Shown here: positions 53,519 to 63,081 of the stretch, one piece after another
Position numbering within the stretch: the first letter of the stretch is position 1
Layout of the letters: each line of letters opens with the position of its first letter
NCBI GenBank assembly: GCA_963752255.1
Contig: CAVVXT010000005.1
Location: 42,168-106,167 of the forward strand
Origin: Nitrososphaeria archaeon
GTDB taxonomy: Archaea > Thermoproteota > Nitrososphaeria > JACIWG01
Reading direction: 5' to 3'
Length of the DNA stretch: 64,000 nucleotides
The notes under the pieces: generated by a model
Database searches by the model: none
Told to the model about the DNA's origin: nothing
What the model saw: only the letters and a program-made list of their open reading frames with translations
Position numbers and translations under genes: made by a program

Positions 53519-53539
53519 CGAATCCCCCCAGGCCCGCCT
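53519..53539 (+). repeat. att core (attR of element 1 and left junction of element 2)
   Basis: Exact copy of the tRNA-Lys 3' sequence 30983-31003. Confidence 0.92.
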
Positions 53540-53593
53540 ACAATTAAGTGCGAATACTTTATTTAGCAGGTATTAGATAGTAGACTTGAGGAA

Positions 53594-54907
53594 ATGCCGC
53601 ACGCTGAAAATTCAAAATACGATAGTATCTTACCTGACGTGAAATGGTGGCTTGATAACATAGAGCGCGGAAGCCCGCTCACAGCCGAAGTTGCACTCAG
53701 AAGGCTTGGAAGGGCATGCGAACTGCTACAACTTACTCCAAAGGAAATGGTTGCGCGCGCAAGAGAAGATCTTAAAACATTCCAAGACAGCCTTGAAGAC
53801 CTTGTAAGCAGACTCGAACGGGAGAATAAGGCACCCCAATATATAGCTGGAATACTCAAGAACATACGCTCATGGCTAAGATACAAGGATATTACACTTA
53901 CTCGCAAGATCAAGATTAGGAACGCCTCGTCTACGCCGACCATAGAAGACGAGCAGGTGCCATCACAAGAAGAGTTAGCGAGAATATTCAGAAATTCTTC
54001 GAGCAGAGCAAGATTAGCGGAAGCGTTGATGGCGTTCGCGGACCTAAGACCTGAATCAATTGGGAACTATAACGGTTCTGACGGACTAAAATTAGGCGAC
54101 CTACCTGAGGTGAAGATTGAAAAAGAACAAATTATGTTCGAAAAGACACCAACCATGATAGTAGTAAAATCTTCTTTGAGTAAGGCACGACATAAGTACT
54201 TCACTTTCCTGCCAACAGAAGGTTGCACCTACTTGAAAGAGTATCTTGAAGAGAGGATCAGAATAAAAGAAGAGTTAACTCCCAACAGTCCACTGATTAC
54301 ACATGAGAGAGCCGATGCTGAAACCAAGCCATTCATGCTAACGAGAAAGACAACTGAACTTATTAGGAAAGCAATGCGGAAGGCAGGTGTGCGCAAGAGA
54401 CCTTATGTTCTCAGAGCGTATGCTGAAACACAGCTGATCATCGCGGAGTCCAAAGGGAAGATTTCTCATCCCTATCTTCAATTCATTGCTGGACATAAGG
54501 GAGACATTGAAGCAAGATATTCTACGAACAAAGGTAGACTGCCACCGGACATGATCGAGGACATAAGGGAAGCGTATAGGCGATGTGAGCCGTTTCTCTC
54601 CACAGTCGCTCAACCGACAGAGCAGATGACGATAATCAAGGAAGCAAAGATCGAAGCATTAAAGAGCATAGCGAAGACGATGTTCGGAATAGACCTTCTC
54701 GAGGTGAAGGTAGCGAAGGAGAATGAAGAAAGCAGGGAGCTGACACAAGATGAAACAATCGAGCTGTTCGAGTCTGAAATGAAGAAGACGAGAGAGCAGC
54801 CTGACCCGCAGGTAATAGTTGAAGAGAAAGAGCTCGAATCCTACCTCAAAGATGGATGGCAGTTCGTCAGCGTTCTGCCGAGCCGAAGAGTCCTAATAAG
54901 AAAGTAG
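53594..54907 (+). CDS. int: Tyrosine recombinase/integrase 2 (paralog of integrase 1)
   Basis: ADLR, SDGLKLGD, KARHKY, YVLR, FIAGHKGD, ARYSTNKG; same C-terminal GW...LPS...IRK tail as integrase 1. Confidence 0.9.
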   Translation: MPHAENSKYDSILPDVKWWLDNIERGSPLTAEVALRRLGRACELLQLTPKEMVARAREDLKTFQDSLEDLVSRLERENKAPQYIAGILKNIRSWLRYKDITLTRKIKIRNASSTPTIEDEQVPSQEELARIFRNSSSRARLAEALMAFADLRPESIGNYNGSDGLKLGDLPEVKIEKEQIMFEKTPTMIVVKSSLSKARHKYFTFLPTEGCTYLKEYLEERIRIKEELTPNSPLITHERADAETKPFMLTRKTTELIRKAMRKAGVRKRPYVLRAYAETQLIIAESKGKISHPYLQFIAGHKGDIEARYSTNKGRLPPDMIEDIREAYRRCEPFLSTVAQPTEQMTIIKEAKIEALKSIAKTMFGIDLLEVKVAKENEESRELTQDETIELFESEMKKTREQPDPQVIVEEKELESYLKDGWQFVSVLPSRRVLIRK

Positions 54908-54934
54908 GTAATCTGACTTTTTTTGTTCTGTGAT

Positions 54935-55108
54935 TTGGTTAAAGAAGTAGATGTAACAAGATTGAAGGATTTTGTTCTAAAGAACCTGCCGAGGGGATCT
55001 GCTCTAAGGGAGCCGATATTGAGCGAAAGGGATACGATGGATGTGAAAACCTTCTTAGCAAAGAGTGATGTCTTGTTTAAGCTGCTCCAAATAGAATACA
55101 GCAAATAG
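54935..55108 (+). CDS. Small integrase-associated hypothetical protein
   Basis: VDVTRLKDFVLKNLPRGSALREPILSERD; follows integrase 2. Confidence 0.55.
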   Translation: MVKEVDVTRLKDFVLKNLPRGSALREPILSERDTMDVKTFLAKSDVLFKLLQIEYSK

Positions 55109-55202
55109 AACTGGCGGGATCTGGACCGAATTGGGTTTAAGTCCCTCTATCCTTTGATTAGCAGTTCTACATTATAGTGAATAACTATAAAACGTGTGAT
55201 TC

Positions 55203-55475
55203 TCACCCAGCCACGACTAAGGCTGATGCGGTAGAGGTGCTGTTGTCTTCGAAGACGGCTACAAGTGTTACCTCGTATGTTCTTCCAGCGATAATAGACA
55301 TTGCCTGATTCGACGGATTTGCCTTATATGTAAAATAGTAAATTGTCTTATTTCCCTCCGATTGAGAGTCACTGGCTTAGATTGTACCATTAATGAATAA
55401 GGTTAGTTTTGACAGTGGGGCACTTGCATTAACAAAAACCGTTGCTGAATAGGTAGACCTATTGTCTCTTTCCCT
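55203..55475 (-). pseudogene. 3' remnant of a surface/pilin-like beta-sandwich protein
   Basis: ...LFINGTI*...IIAGRTYEVTLVAVFEDNSTSTASALVVAG*; N-x-S/T sequons, internal stop, no start. Confidence 0.45.
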
Positions 55476-55580
55476 CAAAATCTTCCAATTAAACCAAAAT
55501 AACAAAAAAATAAGATGGGGAGAAGACAGCTGCCCACACCTCTTTACAAGGTTTAAGCAACTGCCTTCGACCTAAGAAAT

Positions 55581-56219
55581 CTAGGTGAAGGCGGACTCTC
55601 CTGTTGGAACGCCAGTTGGCAGCTCTGGGAACCTTTCTTTCATTCTCTGTTCCGCTACAGCTGATGCTTCTGCAAGTATCTTCTCTGCGTCTTCGTTAGC
55701 TGCCTCAAAGTTCAATGATGCCCCACTCGTTTGGCCAGCGTCAACCAGGATGCTGCTCAGTAAGCCACTGATTTCGTTTATTTCCCTTTCTGCTTCAGGT
55801 AGAACACTTATTATTCCTGATTTGACACTTCTAATCACCGACATAGCAGGAGCCAACGTCACTACAATGTCTCCGAGTTCCGTTACAGTGTTCAACCTTA
55901 GCACTATCTGCTCTAATGCAAGCCTCGAGGATGTGACCATCTTGTTCATTTTGCGAACTTCCGCAAGCTCATTAGCGTATACGCTAGCATGCTGAGTGTC
56001 ATGCTTCTGAATTGCCGTCACGACCTTGTTAAATATAACTGCGTCCCTTTCTTTTAGTTTAGTCGTAGTACCATCTAGTCTCGTAACCTGAGTCTGTATT
56101 GCGCGTATAGCATCATCTAATTTTGGCTTAAGAGGACCAGAAGGCTTCATGGCCTCTTTTACCTTGTCCCCCATACCGGGTTTTTGTTCTCTAACCCATT
56201 TTTCTCCGAAGTTAGACAT
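55581..56219 (-). CDS. cdvB: Snf7/ESCRT-III family protein (CdvB-like paralog)
   Basis: PLKPKL...ASVYANELAEVRKM...LALEQIVLRLNTVTELGDIVVTLAPA...EDAEKILAEAS. Confidence 0.88.
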   Translation of the reverse strand: MSNFGEKWVREQKPGMGDKVKEAMKPSGPLKPKLDDAIRAIQTQVTRLDGTTTKLKERDAVIFNKVVTAIQKHDTQHASVYANELAEVRKMNKMVTSSRLALEQIVLRLNTVTELGDIVVTLAPAMSVIRSVKSGIISVLPEAEREINEISGLLSSILVDAGQTSGASLNFEAANEDAEKILAEASAVAEQRMKERFPELPTGVPTGESAFT

Positions 56220-56536
56220 TTTTTACCACTGAGTCTTAAATCCATAAGATACCTCTATTATTTTCTATGTTACCGATGTAGCTGTAACTAAGGTGACAAC
56301 TGTGGCTGTGACAATGATCGGAGTGGGCGACGAAAGCATCTCCTTAGGGGGGTTTGAGTGAATAAGAGTCAGGGGTCTATGTCACCCTTTAACCGTTAAG
56401 TTTCGTGGTGGATGTCTGCTCATAGTTTTCCAGAAAGTAATGTAATAAAAGTTGCCAGCAAGTTTTCTGACGTTAAGTCGATGATAGAAGACCTTGCTGA
56501 CGTAGTGCGGTTTCGAGAAGTAAAAAGGCTCAAGTA

Positions 56537-56611
56537 CAGGCCCGGTGGTTTCTGCACCTTATTAAGTGCAGATACCTATTTTTTCGACCGTGATTAAGTG
56601 CGAATGCCTTT
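56537..56611 (+). repeat. Degenerate att-like site with two ATTAAGTG motifs
   Basis: CAGGCCCG-GTGGTTTCTGCACCTT-ATTAAGTGCAGATACC...ATTAAGTGCGAATGCCTTT. Confidence 0.55.
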
Positions 56612-56703
56612 CATTCCCTGTAGCTTAAAGGAAACATGAATAATTAGTGAATTACGGGCATTGAATAAAAGGTAAAGGTTTTTTTGAATTAATGATACCG
56701 TGA

Positions 56704-57273
56704 ATGAGATTATTGTTAACTTTTCCAACAGGACACATTAAGCCAGTTCGGACTATAACTTATTTAAAAAGCCTGCCTGAAGGCTATATTGATGGTGTAA
56801 TTTATTTGGCTAAAGATGAACATAATTCGCTTGAAGTCGTGCCGCACGTCGATTTAGAGAAATATCTGGGTAAATGGTTTGAGATTGGACACCTTCCATT
56901 TAGGTTCGAAAATGGTTGTACTGATATAACGGCGACTTATAGCTTATCGAAAGATGGCAACGTTTCCGTGCTCAATGAATGCCTAAGAGATGGCCAACTG
57001 AAACAGGCAAAAGGCAAGGCAAAAGTAGTTGATAGAAAAACTGGAGCGAAACTGAAAGTATCATTCTTCTGGCCGTTCTCTGCTGATTACTGGATTATAG
57101 ACCTGGGTAAGGAGTATGAATATGCAGTTGTAGGCACACCAAACCGCAAGTATCTCTGGATATTGAGCAGGACACCGAGGATGGACGATAAACTGTTTTT
57201 TAAGTTGCTAGAATCTGCAAAGTCAAAAGGTTTCGACGTGAAAAATCTTATCAAAACCAGTCATAAACAATAG
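56704..57273 (+). CDS. blc: Bacterial-type lipocalin (true start probably near 56806)
   Basis: VDLEKYLGKWFEI, KLKVSFFWPF, YLWILSRTP. Confidence 0.88.
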   Translation: MRLLLTFPTGHIKPVRTITYLKSLPEGYIDGVIYLAKDEHNSLEVVPHVDLEKYLGKWFEIGHLPFRFENGCTDITATYSLSKDGNVSVLNECLRDGQLKQAKGKAKVVDRKTGAKLKVSFFWPFSADYWIIDLGKEYEYAVVGTPNRKYLWILSRTPRMDDKLFFKLLESAKSKGFDVKNLIKTSHKQ

Positions 57274-57459
57274 AGAAATATGTTGAAGCAAGTAGAGTGG
57301 ATGATATGAGCGAATACGGTACCCTTATTGTTTATTCTACAGAAGGAGGAACGACAGAAAGCTCACATTATGGGGGCTCTTGAGATTTGCGGACAATAAT
57401 CAGACCCATCTGTAAATCGGTGATCTCCCAGTTATGTGGAGCAGTATTTTGGAAGAGTT

Positions 57460-59379
57460 TTATTTTGGCAGTAAAGCCCTTAGCAATTTTTCAACTCCCA
57501 GAGTTGCAACTCCAGTTACGCGGTCTGCAGCTCCATAGTACATGTATATATTGTCCCCTATCGTAACTGCGCCACAGGGGAAGACAACGTTGTTTATAAG
57601 GCCTATTTTTTCATATGCTTCTTCAGGTTCAAAGATCGGCTCATCAGTTCGTGCGATAACTTCTAGAGGATTTTTAGGGTCTAAAAGTACTGACCCAACT
57701 CTGTAGGTCGTTTCTTCGTCCACGCCATGATAAAGCAGGATCCATCCTTCCTTTGTTTTGATGGGAGGTGCGGCTATTCCGATCTTTACGCTGTCCCAAC
57801 ATCCTTTTTTTGGTATGATCCATCGATACTCTCCAATCCATGTTTTGCCATCAAACTCTAAGCTTGGGGTTAAGGCAGAATTTATATCATTGCCAATTCG
57901 GTGGATAATGAGATATTTTTCTTCACCCGTTCCAGGATCTTTAACTTTTTCTGGAAAAATGCAGGTATCCTTATCATTTAGTCCAGGTTGAGAGATTAGT
58001 ACTGGTTTTGCCCAATTCCACTTCATCTTTGAGAAATCCTCAACCTTTATCGATGTTAATGCTACTCTTGGAGGGTTTTTTGCATCAAAAGCAGTATAGC
58101 ACATGTATATCTTGTCTCCAATTATAGTCAATCTTGGATCTTCACAGCCCGAATTTCCAGGCTGCTTTTTTTGCTCAAATTCTTCACGAGGCAGGTAAAT
58201 TGGTTCTGGGCAGCGGTAATCTATATGAATTCCATCATTGCTGTATGCGTAACCTAAAACAGACGTGTTGTCTTGGGACATAGCCCTGTAAACGATGTGA
58301 ACTCTACCGTCAAGGTAAATTGCTCCAGGGTTAAAAGTTGCTTTCGATTCCCAGGAAAGCCCGGGTATTATTATCGGATTTTCCTTAGCCCTCAAAAATT
58401 TGGGCGTTTCAATTTTTCGTAAAAGTTTCTCCAGCAGCATGTTAAGATCAACGAAAGCTACGCAGCATACAGTATCAGCAGCACCATAATAAAGGTAGAC
58501 TCTATTCTTGACCTTCAAGGCTCCTGACGGAAAAACTACATTGGGTACGCTGCCCACTTTTTCGTAGTATTCCTCAGGAACAAGTAGAGGGTATTTAGTT
58601 CGAGCGATAATTTTGAGGGGTTCATTTAAATCTAAAAGGATGGCCTCCACAGTAAACAACCTGTCTTCAGTAAAATATTTGCGAATGTAGGAGTAAAACA
58701 GCAACCATCCATATTTTGTTTTAATCGGTGGAGCCCCAACTTCCATATGGTCTACTGGACTGCGTAGAAGTGGTAAGGAATGTTTTTCAAAGTTATTGTA
58801 CCATTCCCCCCAATATGATTTATCCCATACATCTTCCACCTTTTCAAAGGATACTAGACAGATGTGGGCAGGAGGTTTATCGGTATGCAGGGTCAGTACT
58901 GCCCATATCTTGTTTTTTATCCGCTCTGGAAAGAGAGCCATGGCTTTTGAGTTAAAATGCGTAACCAGATGTTTTTCCTCAATTTTGTCGAGGTCTCTGG
59001 TTATGGCCACCCCAATTTTTATATCCTCGTATGCTGGTGGATAATTTGATAATGCAGTATAGAAAATGAAGTACCTGCCATCAAAATAGGTTACACGTGG
59101 ATCTTCGCAGCCGAACGCCTCCCACTCCTTTTCAGGAACCACAAGCAACCTTCTGTCATGGAAATCCAAACCATCTTTGCTGATGGCAATGCCGATGTTG
59201 GAGACTGGCATGGATGTTTTGGTAAGTACATGGTAGTGAGATAAGGAAAGAGCACGATAAATAAGATATATTTTACCATCCTTTTTTATGGGGCAACCAT
59301 TGAAAATAGCTTGAGCTTCCCAAGAATGGATGCTTTTTGGCTTGAGAACAGGGTTCTTATCAAAGCGTTCTACCAACAT
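57460..59379 (-). CDS. Two-domain GH130 glycoside hydrolase/phosphorylase
   Basis: Two copies of FN...YRA...GCEDPR...PPIKT...NVVFP...YYGAAD. Confidence 0.85.
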   Translation of the reverse strand: MLVERFDKNPVLKPKSIHSWEAQAIFNGCPIKKDGKIYLIYRALSLSHYHVLTKTSMPVSNIGIAISKDGLDFHDRRLLVVPEKEWEAFGCEDPRVTYFDGRYFIFYTALSNYPPAYEDIKIGVAITRDLDKIEEKHLVTHFNSKAMALFPERIKNKIWAVLTLHTDKPPAHICLVSFEKVEDVWDKSYWGEWYNNFEKHSLPLLRSPVDHMEVGAPPIKTKYGWLLFYSYIRKYFTEDRLFTVEAILLDLNEPLKIIARTKYPLLVPEEYYEKVGSVPNVVFPSGALKVKNRVYLYYGAADTVCCVAFVDLNMLLEKLLRKIETPKFLRAKENPIIIPGLSWESKATFNPGAIYLDGRVHIVYRAMSQDNTSVLGYAYSNDGIHIDYRCPEPIYLPREEFEQKKQPGNSGCEDPRLTIIGDKIYMCYTAFDAKNPPRVALTSIKVEDFSKMKWNWAKPVLISQPGLNDKDTCIFPEKVKDPGTGEEKYLIIHRIGNDINSALTPSLEFDGKTWIGEYRWIIPKKGCWDSVKIGIAAPPIKTKEGWILLYHGVDEETTYRVGSVLLDPKNPLEVIARTDEPIFEPEEAYEKIGLINNVVFPCGAVTIGDNIYMYYGAADRVTGVATLGVEKLLRALLPK

Positions 59380-59394
59380 TTTCTTCTTCCCCCA

Positions 59395-60465
59395 TTAACT
59401 TTTTCTTTGTAAATTCTCCAAGAATTCATCGAGATTTGCATGAGCTATACGAACTTTTGTGTCTGCAGCACCATAGTATATTATGAGCCTGCAATTCTTA
59501 ATCACGGCACCACAAGTATAAACGATGTTTGGTTTTACACCGTCCTTAATATCCCACGGAGTCAAAATAGGCTCTTTCGCCCTGAAAAGTCTAGAGGTGG
59601 GATTATCTATATCCAATAGCATTGAGCCGATACAGTATCCAACAAAATTATCTTTGTGTAGAGCGTGATATAATACGAGCCAGCCATAATTTGTTCTTAT
59701 AGGAGGCGGCCCAACACCCTTAACCCAACCTTCCCAACCGCCTTTCCACTCGCTGCCAGGTTCGCCATGATAATAACTTTTAATGAAGTTTTCACTTTCA
59801 AATTCTAAACCGTCAAAGTAGTTGATTAAAATTTTTGGAGAGATGCTATGTAAAAGGGCATATTTTCCTCCGATTTTCTCTGGAAATAAAACCCAGTTTT
59901 TGTGAGTTTCACCACGCGGAGAAATTATCCTAATTCTTGTCTGATTCCATCTCTTGTTTAAGAAATCTTCAACTTTTATAGAGGCTAAGGCGACTCTTAA
60001 GCCATCATCACAAATTGTGTACGTTACGTAAACTGTATCCTCGATTCTTACAATTCTAGGATCCTCCACCCCACCTAAACTTCCCCCAGAGATATAGGAA
60101 TAGTAATTGGTGTGTTTGACTTTATGCTGATAAACCGGTTCGTCCAACCTTTCATCGAGATGGAAACCATCTTTACTATTAGCATAACCAAAACGTGAAA
60201 CATAATCGCCTCCAACAGCCCTATAAAGAAAATGCACCTTATCCTCTATCACAGCCGCACCGGCGTTAAAAGTTTGTAAACACTCCCATTCTAGATTTTT
60301 TCTCGGTTCAATGAAAGGTTTTTCAACTTTTTCAACTAACACGCGTCTATAAACATCCTTGTTCTCATATTCAAGTCTAATGCTCTCTTCCCTTTTCTCC
60401 TCTACTCTTTTCTTTATTTTCTCTTTTACTCTTTTCTTTATTTTCTCTTTTTTCTCAGATGGCAA
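59395..60465 (-). CDS. GH130 glycoside hydrolase/phosphorylase
   Basis: FNAGA, YRA, GVEDPR, KNWVLFPEKI, YYGAAD. Confidence 0.85.
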   Translation of the reverse strand: MPSEKKEKIKKRVKEKIKKRVEEKREESIRLEYENKDVYRRVLVEKVEKPFIEPRKNLEWECLQTFNAGAAVIEDKVHFLYRAVGGDYVSRFGYANSKDGFHLDERLDEPVYQHKVKHTNYYSYISGGSLGGVEDPRIVRIEDTVYVTYTICDDGLRVALASIKVEDFLNKRWNQTRIRIISPRGETHKNWVLFPEKIGGKYALLHSISPKILINYFDGLEFESENFIKSYYHGEPGSEWKGGWEGWVKGVGPPPIRTNYGWLVLYHALHKDNFVGYCIGSMLLDIDNPTSRLFRAKEPILTPWDIKDGVKPNIVYTCGAVIKNCRLIIYYGAADTKVRIAHANLDEFLENLQRKS

Positions 60466-60622
60466 ATTGGCTAATCAAGTAAATTCTATTCTTATTTTTA
60501 AATATTATCTTAGAATGCATAATTTAATGTTATTATATGAGTTATGCAAATATTATAGAGAAAATAGAAAAATTTGTTTGATACCAAAACCCTCTTTATA
60601 TTTCCAAATTCCTAAATTTGAT

Positions 60623-60993
60623 TTATATTAGACGAGAGACGAGGTCAACCAGTTTCTCCTTTCTCCTGTAGACTTCAGCCTCCCTGCTCTTTATCAGGGC
60701 GTTCACGAGGTCGACAAGAGGTGTGACAACCTCTCTTGTGATATAGTAGTCTATAAACTCGTGCTTTGGGGTTCGAACCGCTTCCTGCAAGCCTTCATCG
60801 TAGACGTGGATTACGTCGCCTCTGACTTCACCGTGAACCTCTCTGCTTCCATCCGGGATCCAATTACCTTGATACTGCCGTTTAGGCCCGTTAAGCTCTG
60901 AAGTCTGCTCAACTCCCTTGCGAGCTCAATTCGAATGCCCTGCTATTCCTCCCCTGTCTTTTGGACCTTAGAGAGATCCTTGGACTTTATCAT
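60623..60993 (-). pseudogene. Decayed paralog of the element-1 gene at 32484-32864
   Basis: VHGEVRGDVIHVYDE...KHEFIDYYITREV...YRRKEKLVD; one in-frame TAG and one frameshift. Confidence 0.8.
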
Positions 60994-61674
60994 TGCACAT
61001 CAACTTTGATTTGATTCTGTTCCGCATCAGCACGGCCACATTCCGCAGGGAGGAGATACTTACAAAGTGGAAGTAAATACATCTTGACTCAATACGATAC
61101 TTGAAGAAGAAATTCTAAAGGTATTTCGAAATGTCCGGGATGCATCAAGAGACCAGATTACAAAAACTGTTGAAAAAAGCGAACTGTAAAATGGGCCTAA
61201 ACCCATTTAGGTATAAGCCTCACTGACACTGCAACATCTAACCCTTGCCAATTATTGTTCGTTTAGGGACATCTTCGCATTTCAAAAAGAAAAATGAGTT
61301 CAGAAAATAGACCTTTTGTCGCGGTAGTACCATCATTCATCGGCGGCATCTTGACGCTCTTAGGTGGAGTCATATTTTCTTTCTTCAGTTTCACAGGTTT
61401 TAGTATTCTAATTGAAGAAGTTATGTAATAATTATTGGTCTACATCTTTTGGACAAATAACGTGGGCGCCTACGATCTTTACCCCAGACTTTCTGACATT
61501 CTCTTCTGAGAAGAGATTCTTGAGCATCGTTTTTCCTTCAGTTTTCTGGAGAGGGCAGCTAGAGGAAGGATGGGTGTGAACTAATATATTATCAACCTCA
61601 GATTAACAATAGCCTGGCTCAAACTTCAGGGGATCCTCAATCTTGTACTCCTTTGCAACACGTACTACTAATCT

Positions 61675-62956
61675 TCAGTTCTGATCCAGCTGCTGTTGGC
61701 TTCTGAACTTCTTCTTGATGTAACGCGACAGGAGTGGGGCTTGGATCACTATGGACAGAAACGCGACGCCGACGACCATGGTAGTTATAGTCTGGATGTC
61801 CGATTCCGACAGAAGCGCTGACCCGGCGAGCGAGGCAACCAAGGCTATCGAGAGGGCCCCTCGCATACCGCCCAGCATCGCCGTATTGCTCCACGTGATA
61901 GGGATCTTCTTTCCAAGCTGGCTAAAGAGGGCTAAGTATTGGGTAGACCGATGCCGCCCGTGCGGCTGTCACCGCCCCGTATGCGACGATGACTAGTAGA
62001 GCCGACTGCGCAAGGAAGACCACGTTCGTCTCGAAGCCTATCAGCAAGAAAGCAATGGAGTTCCCAACGAAGGCAGCGATTTCCCAGAAGGTGTTCACCG
62101 CCTCCCTCGAGGAGGCCGCCATAGCTGTCCTCATAGTAACATTTCCGAAAAATAGCCCGACCACCGCTACAGCAATCAGCCCCGAGACTCCCACGCCGGT
62201 GGCGAACACATAGGACCCGTACACGGCGGAGATCGTTAGTATCGTCTCGGCAATCTTGTCTTCCGTGAGGGAACTGATTCTCCGTGCGGCGAGAGCCACA
62301 AGGAAGCCCACAACTGCTCCGCCGAGTGTGGTGAAGCCAAAGAAGGAGATGGCTGATAATACCGGGACCTTGGTGACGCTTATGGACGAGACAACAATGC
62401 TGAATACCACGATAGCCGTTGCGTCGTTAAAGGCGGCCTCTGTGTCCATCAGCGCTGCCAGCCTCGTCGGGACGTTCGAGTGACGGAATATCTCCAGTAC
62501 GGTGACGACGTCTGTCGGCGCCACGATTGCGGCAAAGAGGAAGGAAACGGCGAAGGAGATTCCTGCAATCTTCCAGAGAACCAGTCCTCCAACGACTGTC
62601 GCGACCAGCACGCCTATTGTGGAGAGTACGATCGAAGGTCTGATCACCGCCCTAAGGTCGGTGGCTTGTACGTGCATCATCGCCTCAAATATCAGAGGGG
62701 GAACCACCAGGCCCACGAAGAGACCGCCGCTTGCGAGACCTGTGTAGAGGGTCTTCATCTGAAGAATTGTGTCCTGCAGTGCGACCGCGATGGCATTCGA
62801 GGGGGCGACGGATATGGCGGCTAGTGCCGAAACCGCCAGACCCACGAAGACCAAGACTATGGTGTATGGCACCCTCGCTTTCTTCGCCGCGATTTGCGCA
62901 GTGAGCATGACGACCAAGAATGCTGTCAGGACCAGTTCTATCGTTTGAACAGGCAT
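61675..62956 (-). CDS. CPA1/NhaP-type Na+/H+ antiporter, frameshifted near 61920
   Basis: VPPLIFEA, APTDVV, EAAFNDA, GGMRGALS. Confidence 0.85.
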
Positions 62957-63081
62957 CGAACGGCGTACTCGGCGAGCGTAATTAAGGTTTCGAGAGATAA
63001 CCCTCCACGTAAGGAGTGTAGACCCCGCGACGCTCGGCATTTGATAGAGGTTTGGGTCAGGCTATTAGTCGTAATAGAGGC

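Larger units (their letters stand above)
30983..53539. mobile_element. Integrated element 1 (~22.5 kb) in tRNA-Lys; integrative plasmid-like element or defective provirus
   Basis: 21-bp terminal direct repeats, adjacent integrase, replication module, R-M and defence cargo. Confidence 0.9.

Noticed and set aside
53519-53539. Second tRNA gene
   Set aside because: Only the 3' 21 bp are present; there is no D-arm or anticodon arm upstream.
55585-55995. Antisense ORFs in the track (for example 55585-55995, 47409-47885, 53563-53943, 62480-62824)
   Set aside because: Shadows of well-supported genes on the opposite strand, with no motifs of their own.
60404-60452. 24-bp tandem pyrimidine-rich repeat
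   Set aside because: Encodes the low-complexity KEKIKKRV duplication at the GH130 N-terminus.
60884-60896. AGGCCCGTTAAG as another att-like site
   Set aside because: Lies inside the coding frame of the 60623-60993 pseudogene and lacks the GTG..ATAC part of the motif.
61330-61530. Possible pyridine-nucleotide disulfide reductase remnant (IVGAHVICP, minus strand)
   Set aside because: Single short motif with no continuous frame around it.
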